NCBI GenBank assembly: GCA_018334075.1 | Contig: JAGXSC010000007.1 | Span: forward strand, 364 to 64,363 | DNA from: Actinomycetota bacterium | GTDB taxonomy: Bacteria > Actinomycetota > Coriobacteriia > Anaerosomatales > UBA912 | Reading direction: 5' to 3' | DNA: 64,000 bases | Shown: piece by piece, positions 39,656-47,094 of the stretch | Layout: each line of letters begins with the position of its first letter | Numbering within the stretch: the first letter of the stretch is position 1 | Made by a program: the position numbers and the translations under genes | The notes under the pieces: generated by a model | Databases searched by the model: none | The model's input: only the letters and a program-made list of their open reading frames with translations | What the model was told of the DNA's origin: nothing

Positions 39656-40042
39656 CTAGCCGTGAATAAGTGCGGGTAGACATCTAGTACATACCCAAGT
39701 GGAATTTCCACCGGTCCTGACAGGCAACAACGGACGGTCGTCCTCGGAGGTGCCGCACGAAAAACAATGCTGGGCGATGTAGTTCGCCATCTTCTCGGCG
39801 ATGATGACCTCCGCCGCGCTATGGTCGAAAGGCACGCTCTCCCTGGCCTCCAGCGTCAGGGCGCCCGTCGGGCAAACACCCAGGCAGAATCCGGCGCCAT
39901 CACACAACTCCTCGCGCAGCACCTTCGCCTTGCCGTCGACGATCGCGATCGCCCCTTCGGCGCACGGCCCTACACACTGTCCGCACCCGTTACACAGGGC
40001 TTCGTCGATCTTTACTATCTGTCGTACAACCTTCTCGCCCAT
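39656..40042 (-). CDS. 4Fe-4S ferredoxin-domain protein with a C-terminal Cys-rich tail
   Basis: CNGCGQCVGPC and CDGAGFCLGVCP cluster motifs, then CFSC...CTRC. The start is set at the M at 40042, because the longer track ORF would run across the divergent regulator. Confidence 0.8.
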   Translation of the reverse strand: MGEKVVRQIVKIDEALCNGCGQCVGPCAEGAIAIVDGKAKVLREELCDGAGFCLGVCPTGALTLEARESVPFDHSAAEVIIAEKMANYIAQHCFSCGTSEDDRPLLPVRTGGNSTWVCTRCLPALIHG

Positions 40043-40111
40043 ACCCGGTCCTTCCCGAGATCGTTTACTATTAGACGCACCGAGCATAGATTGCCGAGAA
40101 ACCCCTTGTCT

Positions 40112-40125
40112 TTGACGCTGGTCAA
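40112..40125. promoter_or_regulatory. FNR/CRP-type palindrome TTGAC-N4-GTCAA, a candidate HcpR operator
   Basis: Perfect inverted repeat TTGACgctgGTCAA in the 133-bp divergent region between ferredoxin-hcp and the Crp/Fnr gene. Its centre is about 76 nt upstream of the ferredoxin ATG. Confidence 0.55.
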
Positions 40126-40175
40126 TTTCTGCGAATACCTTATGCCCCTGATGGTGCTCCGGGAGAGGAGTAGAA

Positions 40176-40883
40176 GTGTCTGAGGCTTTTCGCGCCGACG
40201 TGCGCGCAGCACTGCGGTCTTGCCGCCTGTGGCATGGAGCTAGCGACAGCGCCGTCGAGAGTCTGCTGCAAAGCGCAACCGTCAACGACCTCCCCCGTGG
40301 ATCGACATTGGTCAGAGAAGGCGACCCCGCCAAAAGGTTCGGTGTTCTTGTTTCGGGTAAGGCTCGCGTTTACCACCTCTCGATCGATGGGAGACGCACC
40401 GACCTCGAGACAATAAGTTCCGGCCAGCCCATAGCCGCCCTCGCCGCCTTGGCCGGCGGCCGCTATCCGGCACATATCGAAACAACTACCCCCGCAAGCG
40501 TGGCGTGGCTACCCAGGGAGGCGCTCTTTGACCTCCTGGAAAGTGAGCCTCAGGCCGCCCGAACTATGGTGACCCACCTCGCCACGAGGCTAGTTCAAGT
40601 CACCTCTCTCATGCAGTCGCTATCCCTCGATGTCCCCTCGCGGCTGGCAAGTCACCTTTTCCATGAAGCGCTCTCGACCGGAAAGCCGTCCGCCCGAGGC
40701 CTCGAAATCAGCCTCGGGATGAGAAAAGGCGACCTTGCCTCGGCGCTAGGAACCGTGCCGGAGACGCTTTCTCGCGCTTTTTCGCGACTGAAAGAAGAGG
40801 GCATCATCGCCGTCGATGGCAGACTGATCACGATTCTGGACGTCCGTGCGCTGGCCGAGCGCGGCAGTGGTCTGCGCGGATGA
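40176..40883 (+). CDS. Crp/Fnr-family transcriptional regulator (HcpR-like by context)
   Basis: cNMP-binding-like beta-barrel plus a C-terminal HTH (ASALGTVPETLSRAFSRLKEEG). GTG start preceded by GGAGAGGAG. Divergent from hcp. Confidence 0.85.
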   Translation: MSEAFRADVRAALRSCRLWHGASDSAVESLLQSATVNDLPRGSTLVREGDPAKRFGVLVSGKARVYHLSIDGRRTDLETISSGQPIAALAALAGGRYPAHIETTTPASVAWLPREALFDLLESEPQAARTMVTHLATRLVQVTSLMQSLSLDVPSRLASHLFHEALSTGKPSARGLEISLGMRKGDLASALGTVPETLSRAFSRLKEEGIIAVDGRLITILDVRALAERGSGLRG

Positions 40884-40888
40884 AGCGG

Positions 40889-41806
40889 TTACCTCACAAC
40901 CCTGTTTAGCGCCTCGTCCGCCCGTGTCGCCTCATCCCGCGCCTCAAAATATACGGCCGTGGCCGGCCCAGCCAAGCGCTCGTAGGCGCCGGCAATAGCA
41001 ATTTCCGGCGTTTCCGGTAGCGCCTCGAGCTGTTTTATGACCTCTTTTTCATCGGCGTTGAACCTTGTCGATAGCGCGTTGGCTTCACGCGTTCTTCCGG
41101 CAAGGAACGCCACGTCCGCTTGCGCGGAGATGCCGACAAGGGCGATCTTACTCTCCGTATATTTCACAAATCCCGCGATCCCGGCGTCCGGAAACGCGCT
41201 TGCACCAGCCTGAAGATCAGCGAGCGCCAACTTGAGCCTCTCGCTTGCTTGGGCGTTGAGTCGCTGTGATTCGCCAACCGATGCCCGGGTCAACTTGTTG
41301 TACTCCTCTATTGCCCTGTCGGCGAGCTTTTCGCCCTCTAAGAGGTGATCCCAGCCAGCTCTGACATGCCTCAATGCTTCGGCGGCCAATACATTTACCG
41401 GCAAAATCTCGGCTGCCGCATCCAACATCTTGATCCTGGCCCTTGCAGAATCAGCAAGCGCCCTGGCCTCGGCGGCACTCTCTTCGGGCAGATCGGGAAG
41501 CGCCTGGTCGATAAGTTCCTGGGCTCGCTTTAAATCCGAAATCGCAACCGGAGCCGCTGACGCCGCTTCGCTTGCCGATACGCCCAGCTCCGGCGTGATT
41601 TCGCCTCTCACGACTTCGTCAACGTCGATGACAACGGCATCCGCTCTCCGAACCAGCTCGGTCGCCTCGGAAAGACGCTCAAGCGCCGTGGCTCTGCTGG
41701 TCATCTCCTGATATACATATATTCCAGCCAACACTGCCGCCACCACAGCAAATACGACTCCCGCGATGATCCACGTGGTTCGCTTCGCTCTTACTTTAGT
41801 CGCCAT
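40889..41806 (-). CDS. Hypothetical N-terminally anchored, Ala/Glu-rich helical protein
   Basis: Single N-terminal TM (WIIAGVVFAVVAAVLAGIYV), then a long helical, coiled-coil-like sequence. I recognise no family. Confidence 0.55.
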   Translation of the reverse strand: MATKVRAKRTTWIIAGVVFAVVAAVLAGIYVYQEMTSRATALERLSEATELVRRADAVVIDVDEVVRGEITPELGVSASEAASAAPVAISDLKRAQELIDQALPDLPEESAAEARALADSARARIKMLDAAAEILPVNVLAAEALRHVRAGWDHLLEGEKLADRAIEEYNKLTRASVGESQRLNAQASERLKLALADLQAGASAFPDAGIAGFVKYTESKIALVGISAQADVAFLAGRTREANALSTRFNADEKEVIKQLEALPETPEIAIAGAYERLAGPATAVYFEARDEATRADEALNRVVR

Positions 41807-41919
41807 TGCCGCCTCCAGGTGATCTTTGGCCCGAGTTCATAAACAATCTGTACCATTAAATATACAAAAACTTCTTTCTTTTGTAGAAATATTGGCACGG
41901 CTGTTGCTAAACTATTTGT

Positions 41920-42020
41920 AGAGCATGGCGACCCGCCCTCTCCTCCCCCCCCTCAGGGGCGGATCCCGCCGGCTCCACTAGAACGAGGCGCGTTCCCCCA
42001 CGCGCCTCGTTTAATTTTTA
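41920..42020 (+). ncRNA. Candidate 6C-type small RNA: two hairpins with C-rich loops, the second acting as an intrinsic terminator
   Basis: Hairpin 1 has stem 41933-41939/41956-41962, with a loop containing an 8-C run (41945-41952). Hairpin 2 has a 10-bp stem ACGAGGCGCG/CGCGCCTCGT with loop TTCCCCCA, followed by TTAATTTTT. An extended -10 (TGcTAAACT) lies at 41905-41913. The 5' end is a guess. Confidence 0.45.
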
Positions 42021-42061
42021 GGTAGCAGAAAAGTCGCACCACGCAGCTATCGGCTACAATC

Positions 42062-43066
42062 ATGCCATGTCGAAAGGACCTTGTCTTGATCGGGCCCGTT
42101 GAACGGATAATCAACCTGGCTCTGCTTCTGGCCGAAACGAGCACTCCTGTGTCGGCCGAGCAGATTCGCGACCAAGTCAACGGCTATCCACCCGCCTCGG
42201 AACAGGACGACAGCGCATTCAAGCGAATGTTCGAGCGGGACAAAGAGCGGCTCGCGCAAATAGGCCTGGCCCTTGTTGCCGATGACAAAGGCCTCTACCA
42301 CCTTGACCCGGCCACATTCGTATCCCCGGTATCGCTCGCCGAAGAGGAGCGCGTGCTCTTGCGCGACGTTCTGTTAGCGCTCTCCAAAGACTTCACATTC
42401 CCGTTCGCCGATGAGCTGCCATTTGCCCTCTCCAAAATCAACATGCGCGAGCCCGCGGAGGTTGCGCTATCGATTCAAACGGCCGAGGGCGCCGAGGACT
42501 CTCACTCACCAGCCGTGGGAAAACTGGTGGATGCCGCCTTCCGGAACAAGCGTATCTCTTTCGCCTACAGAAGTCCCGGTGGCACTACAGCCCGTCGCGA
42601 GGGCGAGCCCTACGGAGTGTTTGCCCTGCGGGGGCAGTGGTATCTGGTGGCTAACGACATCTCTCTGAAAGAGACTCGGACCTACCTGATCTCCAGAATG
42701 TCATCGCTTGCCGTCAACTCGACTCGCCCAAAGTCTCCTGATTTCTCAGTGCCCGATGGCTTCCGTGTCTCGGACCACATAAAGCATCCATTCCAGATCG
42801 GCGAAGAGAGCTTTGTGGCGAAGATTCTCTTTTCCGCGGCAAGAGCTTCGATGGTCGAATCGCTGACAGCCGGGACGGGCAAGTTGCAACGACGTCCGGA
42901 CGGCGGCGCCTCGTGGCGCATTAGCGCGAGAAACTCCGAAGAGCTCACCCGGTGGGTGGTCGCAAATGGTCCCGGAGTCACGCTTGTTTCTCCGCCCGAA
43001 TTGGCACGCACGCTCGAGGGCAAGGTGCGACGAATATCTCAAATGCACAGAGAGCCCGTCGGGTAA
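42062..43066 (+). CDS. HTH + WYL-domain transcriptional regulator (PafB-like)
   Basis: N-terminal wHTH (ERIINLALLL...TPVSAEQIRD), a WYL core (GQWYLVANDI) and a C-terminal WCX-like region. Its TAATG junction couples it to the next gene. Confidence 0.75.
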   Translation: MPCRKDLVLIGPVERIINLALLLAETSTPVSAEQIRDQVNGYPPASEQDDSAFKRMFERDKERLAQIGLALVADDKGLYHLDPATFVSPVSLAEEERVLLRDVLLALSKDFTFPFADELPFALSKINMREPAEVALSIQTAEGAEDSHSPAVGKLVDAAFRNKRISFAYRSPGGTTARREGEPYGVFALRGQWYLVANDISLKETRTYLISRMSSLAVNSTRPKSPDFSVPDGFRVSDHIKHPFQIGEESFVAKILFSAARASMVESLTAGTGKLQRRPDGGASWRISARNSEELTRWVVANGPGVTLVSPPELARTLEGKVRRISQMHREPVG

Positions 43067-44028
43067 TGCCCGAGAATATCGAAGAAAGAACGCGCCGCCT
43101 CCTGCTTTTGCTGCAGGCGATGAGGCCCAATACCAGAACTCCCCTCTCCGAGTTCGCGCGTCTGACCGGCACTCCCCGAGACGAGCTGGTAAGCGACTTG
43201 CAGCTGCTGTCGATGTGTGCGGCAGATCAGCGAGATCCAACCAGCTTCATTCCGGTGTTGATCGACAACGATCATGTGGAGGTCTTCGGCCACCTGCCCG
43301 CACTGGACAAGCCCGTTCGCTTTTCGATCTCCGAGGCGCGCGCGGTCATCGCCGCAATGAGGGTCGCCGGCGTACCGGCCGACAGCGAGCTGCATCGCAA
43401 GATCTCGCTGGCTGCAGGGAGTCCCGATGTTGCCCCGGAAGAAATCGAGCGGCGCCTGCACGCTTCGTCTTCGCTAGTCTCGGTCAGCCCATATCTCAGT
43501 TCACTGGCATTCGCCGCCAAGCATCGCCGAGTCGTGCACATGGCCTATCGCCGAGCCTCGAGCCTCTCCGCTACAAACAAAAACGTTGAGCCTCTCGCAC
43601 TGATGCACGAAAAAGACGTTTGGTACGTTTTCGCCTACTGCCAAAGTTCGCTTGAGGTGAAAACGTATCGGCTGGATCGCATTGAGAGCCTGGAGGTTAC
43701 AGAGGCGTCTTTTGAGCCCCGAGCCTTCGATCTGCCGAGTTCAGCCCTCCCCCTCGAAGAGCTTCCTGTCGCGCGCGTCCGTTTTGGCCCTGACGAAAAA
43801 ATCGCCGAGCGGGAGTGGCCCGGCATTCGCGTCGGCACTACCGAGAAAGATGGATCACGCATCGCCGAGATTCCCTATGCGGGCAGCAGCTGGCTTGCAC
43901 AGCAAATCGTGGCGTGTCTCGGCGGCGCTGAGGCGCTCTCGCCGTCAGAACTGCGGGAAGCGGTCGCTGATCTCGCCGGCGAGCTTATCGGCGGAGACGA
44001 CCCTGGCTTCGCTGACGGGCAGCACTGA
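43066..44028 (+). CDS. HTH + WYL-domain transcriptional regulator (PafC-like)
   Basis: TRRLLLLLQAM...PLSEFARLTG HTH and a WYL core (KDVWYVFAYCQ). Paired with the preceding paralogue, as pafB and pafC are. Confidence 0.75.
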   Translation: MPENIEERTRRLLLLLQAMRPNTRTPLSEFARLTGTPRDELVSDLQLLSMCAADQRDPTSFIPVLIDNDHVEVFGHLPALDKPVRFSISEARAVIAAMRVAGVPADSELHRKISLAAGSPDVAPEEIERRLHASSSLVSVSPYLSSLAFAAKHRRVVHMAYRRASSLSATNKNVEPLALMHEKDVWYVFAYCQSSLEVKTYRLDRIESLEVTEASFEPRAFDLPSSALPLEELPVARVRFGPDEKIAEREWPGIRVGTTEKDGSRIAEIPYAGSSWLAQQIVACLGGAEALSPSELREAVADLAGELIGGDDPGFADGQH

Positions 44029-46890
44029 GAGAAACCCTCGTCCGTAGCTCTTGTGCAACACCCGAGTGTCCGCGATGACGAGACAGCCGATGTCCGTGCT
44101 CGATCGTATCAGACGGCCCGCCGCCTGTTTCAGCTCAATGACGGCATCGGGCAAATCGTACTTGCGCCAGGAGATGTTGCCCTCCCGACGGTTCCGCTCT
44201 GCGGCAAGTGGGCTGTCGGGCCTTGCAAACGGCAGCTTGGGCACGACTACGGCTCTCAGGGTGTCGCCCTTCGCATCGAAGCCCTCCCAGAAGGATTTGG
44301 TCGCGAAGAGAGACGATCGATTGTCAGCGATAAACTCATCTCTCAGGCGCTTCGTTGATGCTCCTCTGCTTTGGATGAGAAGTGGAAGCCCTTCGGCCTG
44401 AAGTCTGGGGGCTACCTCCTGGTAGAGGGATTCCATCTGTTTTCTGTTGGTAAAGAGAGTCAGAACGGACCCTCCCATCACGACATGAACTTCATAGAGC
44501 AGCTCCGAGAGTGCTTTCAGATATCCGGGCTCATTGGGCATCGGCATGTCTTTCGGGACGAAAACGGCCATCTGCTTTTCCAGATCATAGCCCGACTTCA
44601 GTTGCGTCTCGGTGTGCTTTTCACCTGATCCTCGATCAAGCCCGACTTTCTGCGCGAAGTGCGAGAAATCATCGCCAATGGCCAACGTTGCGCTAGTGAA
44701 GACCGCTGTCCTGACGCTGGGCAAGAAGTTCTCCGCAAGAACGTCTGCCACATTCAGCAGCGCAGCGCACAGCTTCTCGGCCACCACCTTACGTCTGTGA
44801 TCAAACTCCATGTAGTAGACGTATTCATCGTTATCAGCATTCAGAACCATCTCAAGAGTCTGGGCCTGAGAGGCCAGGCGCATAAGCAATCCGGCCAGAT
44901 CAGCAACGGCGTCGGTGTGACTCATCTCAGTCTCTTCGAGCAGTCTGATCAGAAAGCGCCCTCGCTCAACGATCTCCGCGAGGCGCTTATGTAAAGCAAA
45001 GCCCCTCTCCGAGATGGCTCGCCACCTCTCGCCAGCGCGGAATCCCTCATCGAGCCATATCTCGCGCCTGTTGTAAGTGGTGTCAGCGCTACCCGCTTCA
45101 ACCTCCTTGAAGAGGCCGAAAAACATCTCCGCCGCCTCGGTCCCAACTCTGACCTTCTCCTCTATAACTGCCAGCTCGGCGAGTATTTTAACCGCGTCCT
45201 CCGGGTCGCCAGAGCGCGTCTTGCGTCGAACGCCTCCCAGCACGCCTCCTCCCGCCGAGGTATGCAGAGCCGTCAAAATCCCATTGACCTCGGCGTGTGA
45301 GGCCTCGAAGGTAAACTGCCGCCTGGCCTCTGATTCAACGGAGTGGGCTTCGTCTATGATCCAGTGTCTGAGCGGAGGCAGTATTCCTCCGGAAGCCGCC
45401 GTGTCACGGAAGAGTAGCGCGTGGTTGGTCACAACTATATGCGCCGAGAAAGCTCGCCGGCGCGCCCCATGAAGGTAGCAACCGGAAAAGTGGCGACAGT
45501 TTTTTCGCGTGCACTCGCTCAACGAGGCAGCAAACTCTGTTCTGCCTGCGCGAGGCCAGTGCAGATTGATTCCATCCAGATCCCCCGCGGCGCTTTGCAC
45601 AACCCAGGCGATCAGCGCAGCCTGTCTGACCAAATCCTGCTCTGTCTTTTCCCGAGAGCTCGCCAAGGCGATCTCGAGCTTACGCAAGCAAAGGTAGTGA
45701 TCGTATCCCTTGAGCGACGCGAAGCGGAATCCCTCCCCCAGGCCTCGATTCAACCTGGGCAGCTCGTTATAGATGAGCTGGTTGAGAAGGGAGTTTGTCT
45801 TGGTCGCCACGCCGACTCCAACGCCATTTAGCATGGCAAAGTGCGCCGCGGGGATGAGATACGCCAGGGACTTTCCAACGCCGGTGCCCGCCTCTATAAG
45901 AGCGTGCCGTTCCGAGGCAAACGCATCGAGCACCGCTGTTGCCATGTCGACCTGCTCCGCACGATACTCAAAGCACTCGAAAGTCCTTCCTGCCAACCCC
46001 TCGAGCTCGAATTCCGCACAAACTGCTTCGGCGGACGGCGCCCGGCACTCAAGCTCCTCGGCGTCGACGAGCGCCTTCGCCTTATACGCCAGCGCTCGCC
46101 TCTGACGCTCGAGCTTCAAGTCGAAATGGGCTGCTTGTTGGTCGAACGCAACCTGGGAAATCACCGAGCGAAGCGGCCACTCAACCGAGGGATCCATCTG
46201 CGCTATCTTTTGACTTACCGCTCTCGGCAGGGCATCGATCGCGCAGAGCATGATTCGCCACAAGTACGCGAGGGCTTCGACATCATCGGTGGCGCGATGA
46301 TTTGGCCTGGGAGCGTCGAAGCACTCCGCCAGATCGCCCAGGCGATGACTTCGAAGCCTTGGCAGCGCGATCTGGGCGAGCTGGACGGAGTCAATCCAGG
46401 CTCCCTTGAAGGCGTTTTTCTCGGCAACGCGGAGCAGAAAGTCGCGATCGAAAGCGACGTTGTGCGCAACGATGTCCCTGCCGGCGACAAAGCTGGCAAG
46501 CTCGCGAACAGCGGTTGCTGGATCAGGGGCGCCCTTTAGTTGCGACGACTCGATTCCTGTCAGTGCCGTGATTTCAGGGGGTACCAAAACTCCCGGATCG
46601 ACCAGCGTGTGAAAACTGCCGAGAACCTCGGTCCCCCTGGTCGCCAAGGCGGCGATTTCGATGAGGCGGTCCTTCTGTGGCTCGACACCGGTCGTTTCAA
46701 CATCGACGAACACCAGCTCGGCCTCGAACCCAAACACCGACTCGCGGGCGGTGTTCGACAGCTGGGCATAGAGCTCCGCGATGTCCGCGTCAGTGCCTGG
46801 CACCAGCCACCTGGAGATGCTATCGGCCAACGCCGAAGCCTCGGCGTCTACACCCGCGCCGCGCTCATCTTTAGGTGTTTCATCAGCCAA
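43945..46890 (-). CDS. dinG: Bifunctional DnaQ-like 3'-5' exonuclease / DinG-family (XPD-like) helicase
   Basis: N-terminal DEDD exonuclease motifs (FVDVETTG, AHNVAFD, HRATDD). Helicase Walker A AGTGVGKS and a DEAH box (IIDEAHSV). Cys cluster (C..C.....C) consistent with an Fe-S domain. Confidence 0.9.
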   Translation of the reverse strand: MADETPKDERGAGVDAEASALADSISRWLVPGTDADIAELYAQLSNTARESVFGFEAELVFVDVETTGVEPQKDRLIEIAALATRGTEVLGSFHTLVDPGVLVPPEITALTGIESSQLKGAPDPATAVRELASFVAGRDIVAHNVAFDRDFLLRVAEKNAFKGAWIDSVQLAQIALPRLRSHRLGDLAECFDAPRPNHRATDDVEALAYLWRIMLCAIDALPRAVSQKIAQMDPSVEWPLRSVISQVAFDQQAAHFDLKLERQRRALAYKAKALVDAEELECRAPSAEAVCAEFELEGLAGRTFECFEYRAEQVDMATAVLDAFASERHALIEAGTGVGKSLAYLIPAAHFAMLNGVGVGVATKTNSLLNQLIYNELPRLNRGLGEGFRFASLKGYDHYLCLRKLEIALASSREKTEQDLVRQAALIAWVVQSAAGDLDGINLHWPRAGRTEFAASLSECTRKNCRHFSGCYLHGARRRAFSAHIVVTNHALLFRDTAASGGILPPLRHWIIDEAHSVESEARRQFTFEASHAEVNGILTALHTSAGGGVLGGVRRKTRSGDPEDAVKILAELAVIEEKVRVGTEAAEMFFGLFKEVEAGSADTTYNRREIWLDEGFRAGERWRAISERGFALHKRLAEIVERGRFLIRLLEETEMSHTDAVADLAGLLMRLASQAQTLEMVLNADNDEYVYYMEFDHRRKVVAEKLCAALLNVADVLAENFLPSVRTAVFTSATLAIGDDFSHFAQKVGLDRGSGEKHTETQLKSGYDLEKQMAVFVPKDMPMPNEPGYLKALSELLYEVHVVMGGSVLTLFTNRKQMESLYQEVAPRLQAEGLPLLIQSRGASTKRLRDEFIADNRSSLFATKSFWEGFDAKGDTLRAVVVPKLPFARPDSPLAAERNRREGNISWRKYDLPDAVIELKQAAGRLIRSSTDIGCLVIADTRVLHKSYGRGFLSVLPVSEARVVSADKLAGEISDRFPQF

Positions 46891-46929
46891 GGACTGGTCT
46901 CCTCCAGTGAAGACGTCGACCTGGTGATG

Positions 46930-47094
46930 TTATACCTTTTGCGTCGGTCTTTGGAAGGGAGTCTCGTGTCGGGACTTACACGACGCACAAGAACCACTGC
47001 ACCCTTTGACCGCAACCTTGTTGCATCGGGGGCAGCGAAGCGCGCCTGCCGATAGGGGCATCTTGCACGCCTCGCACTGTGGGTAAGTGGACAT
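46930..47094 (-). CDS. 54-aa Cys-rich protein translationally coupled to feoB (below the ORF-track cutoff)
   Basis: Its ATG immediately follows the feoB TAG. MSTYPQCEACKMPLSAGALRCPRCNKVAVKGCSGSCASCKSRHETPFQRPTQKV has 8 Cys (CxxC, CxxC, GCSGSCASC). It exactly fills the gap between the feoB stop and the dinG start. Confidence 0.55.
   Translation of the reverse strand: MSTYPQCEACKMPLSAGALRCPRCNKVAVKGCSGSCASCKSRHETPFQRPTQKV

Noticed and set aside
39656-40333. The 225-aa version of the ferredoxin ORF, with a 97-aa Arg/Ser-rich N-terminal extension.
   Set aside because: The extension would run through the FNR-type box and into the divergent Crp/Fnr gene. The Fe-S domain begins right after the internal ATG at 40042.
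41893-41907. TGGCACggctgTTGC, a letter-perfect sigma-54 (-24/-12) promoter consensus upstream of the 6C-like hairpins.
   Set aside because: The lineage markers in this window point to Actinomycetota, which as far as is known lack RpoN. No enhancer-binding protein is nearby. An extended -10 (TGcTAAACT) overlapping the same bases explains transcription more simply. This would be revived if an rpoN gene exists in the genome.
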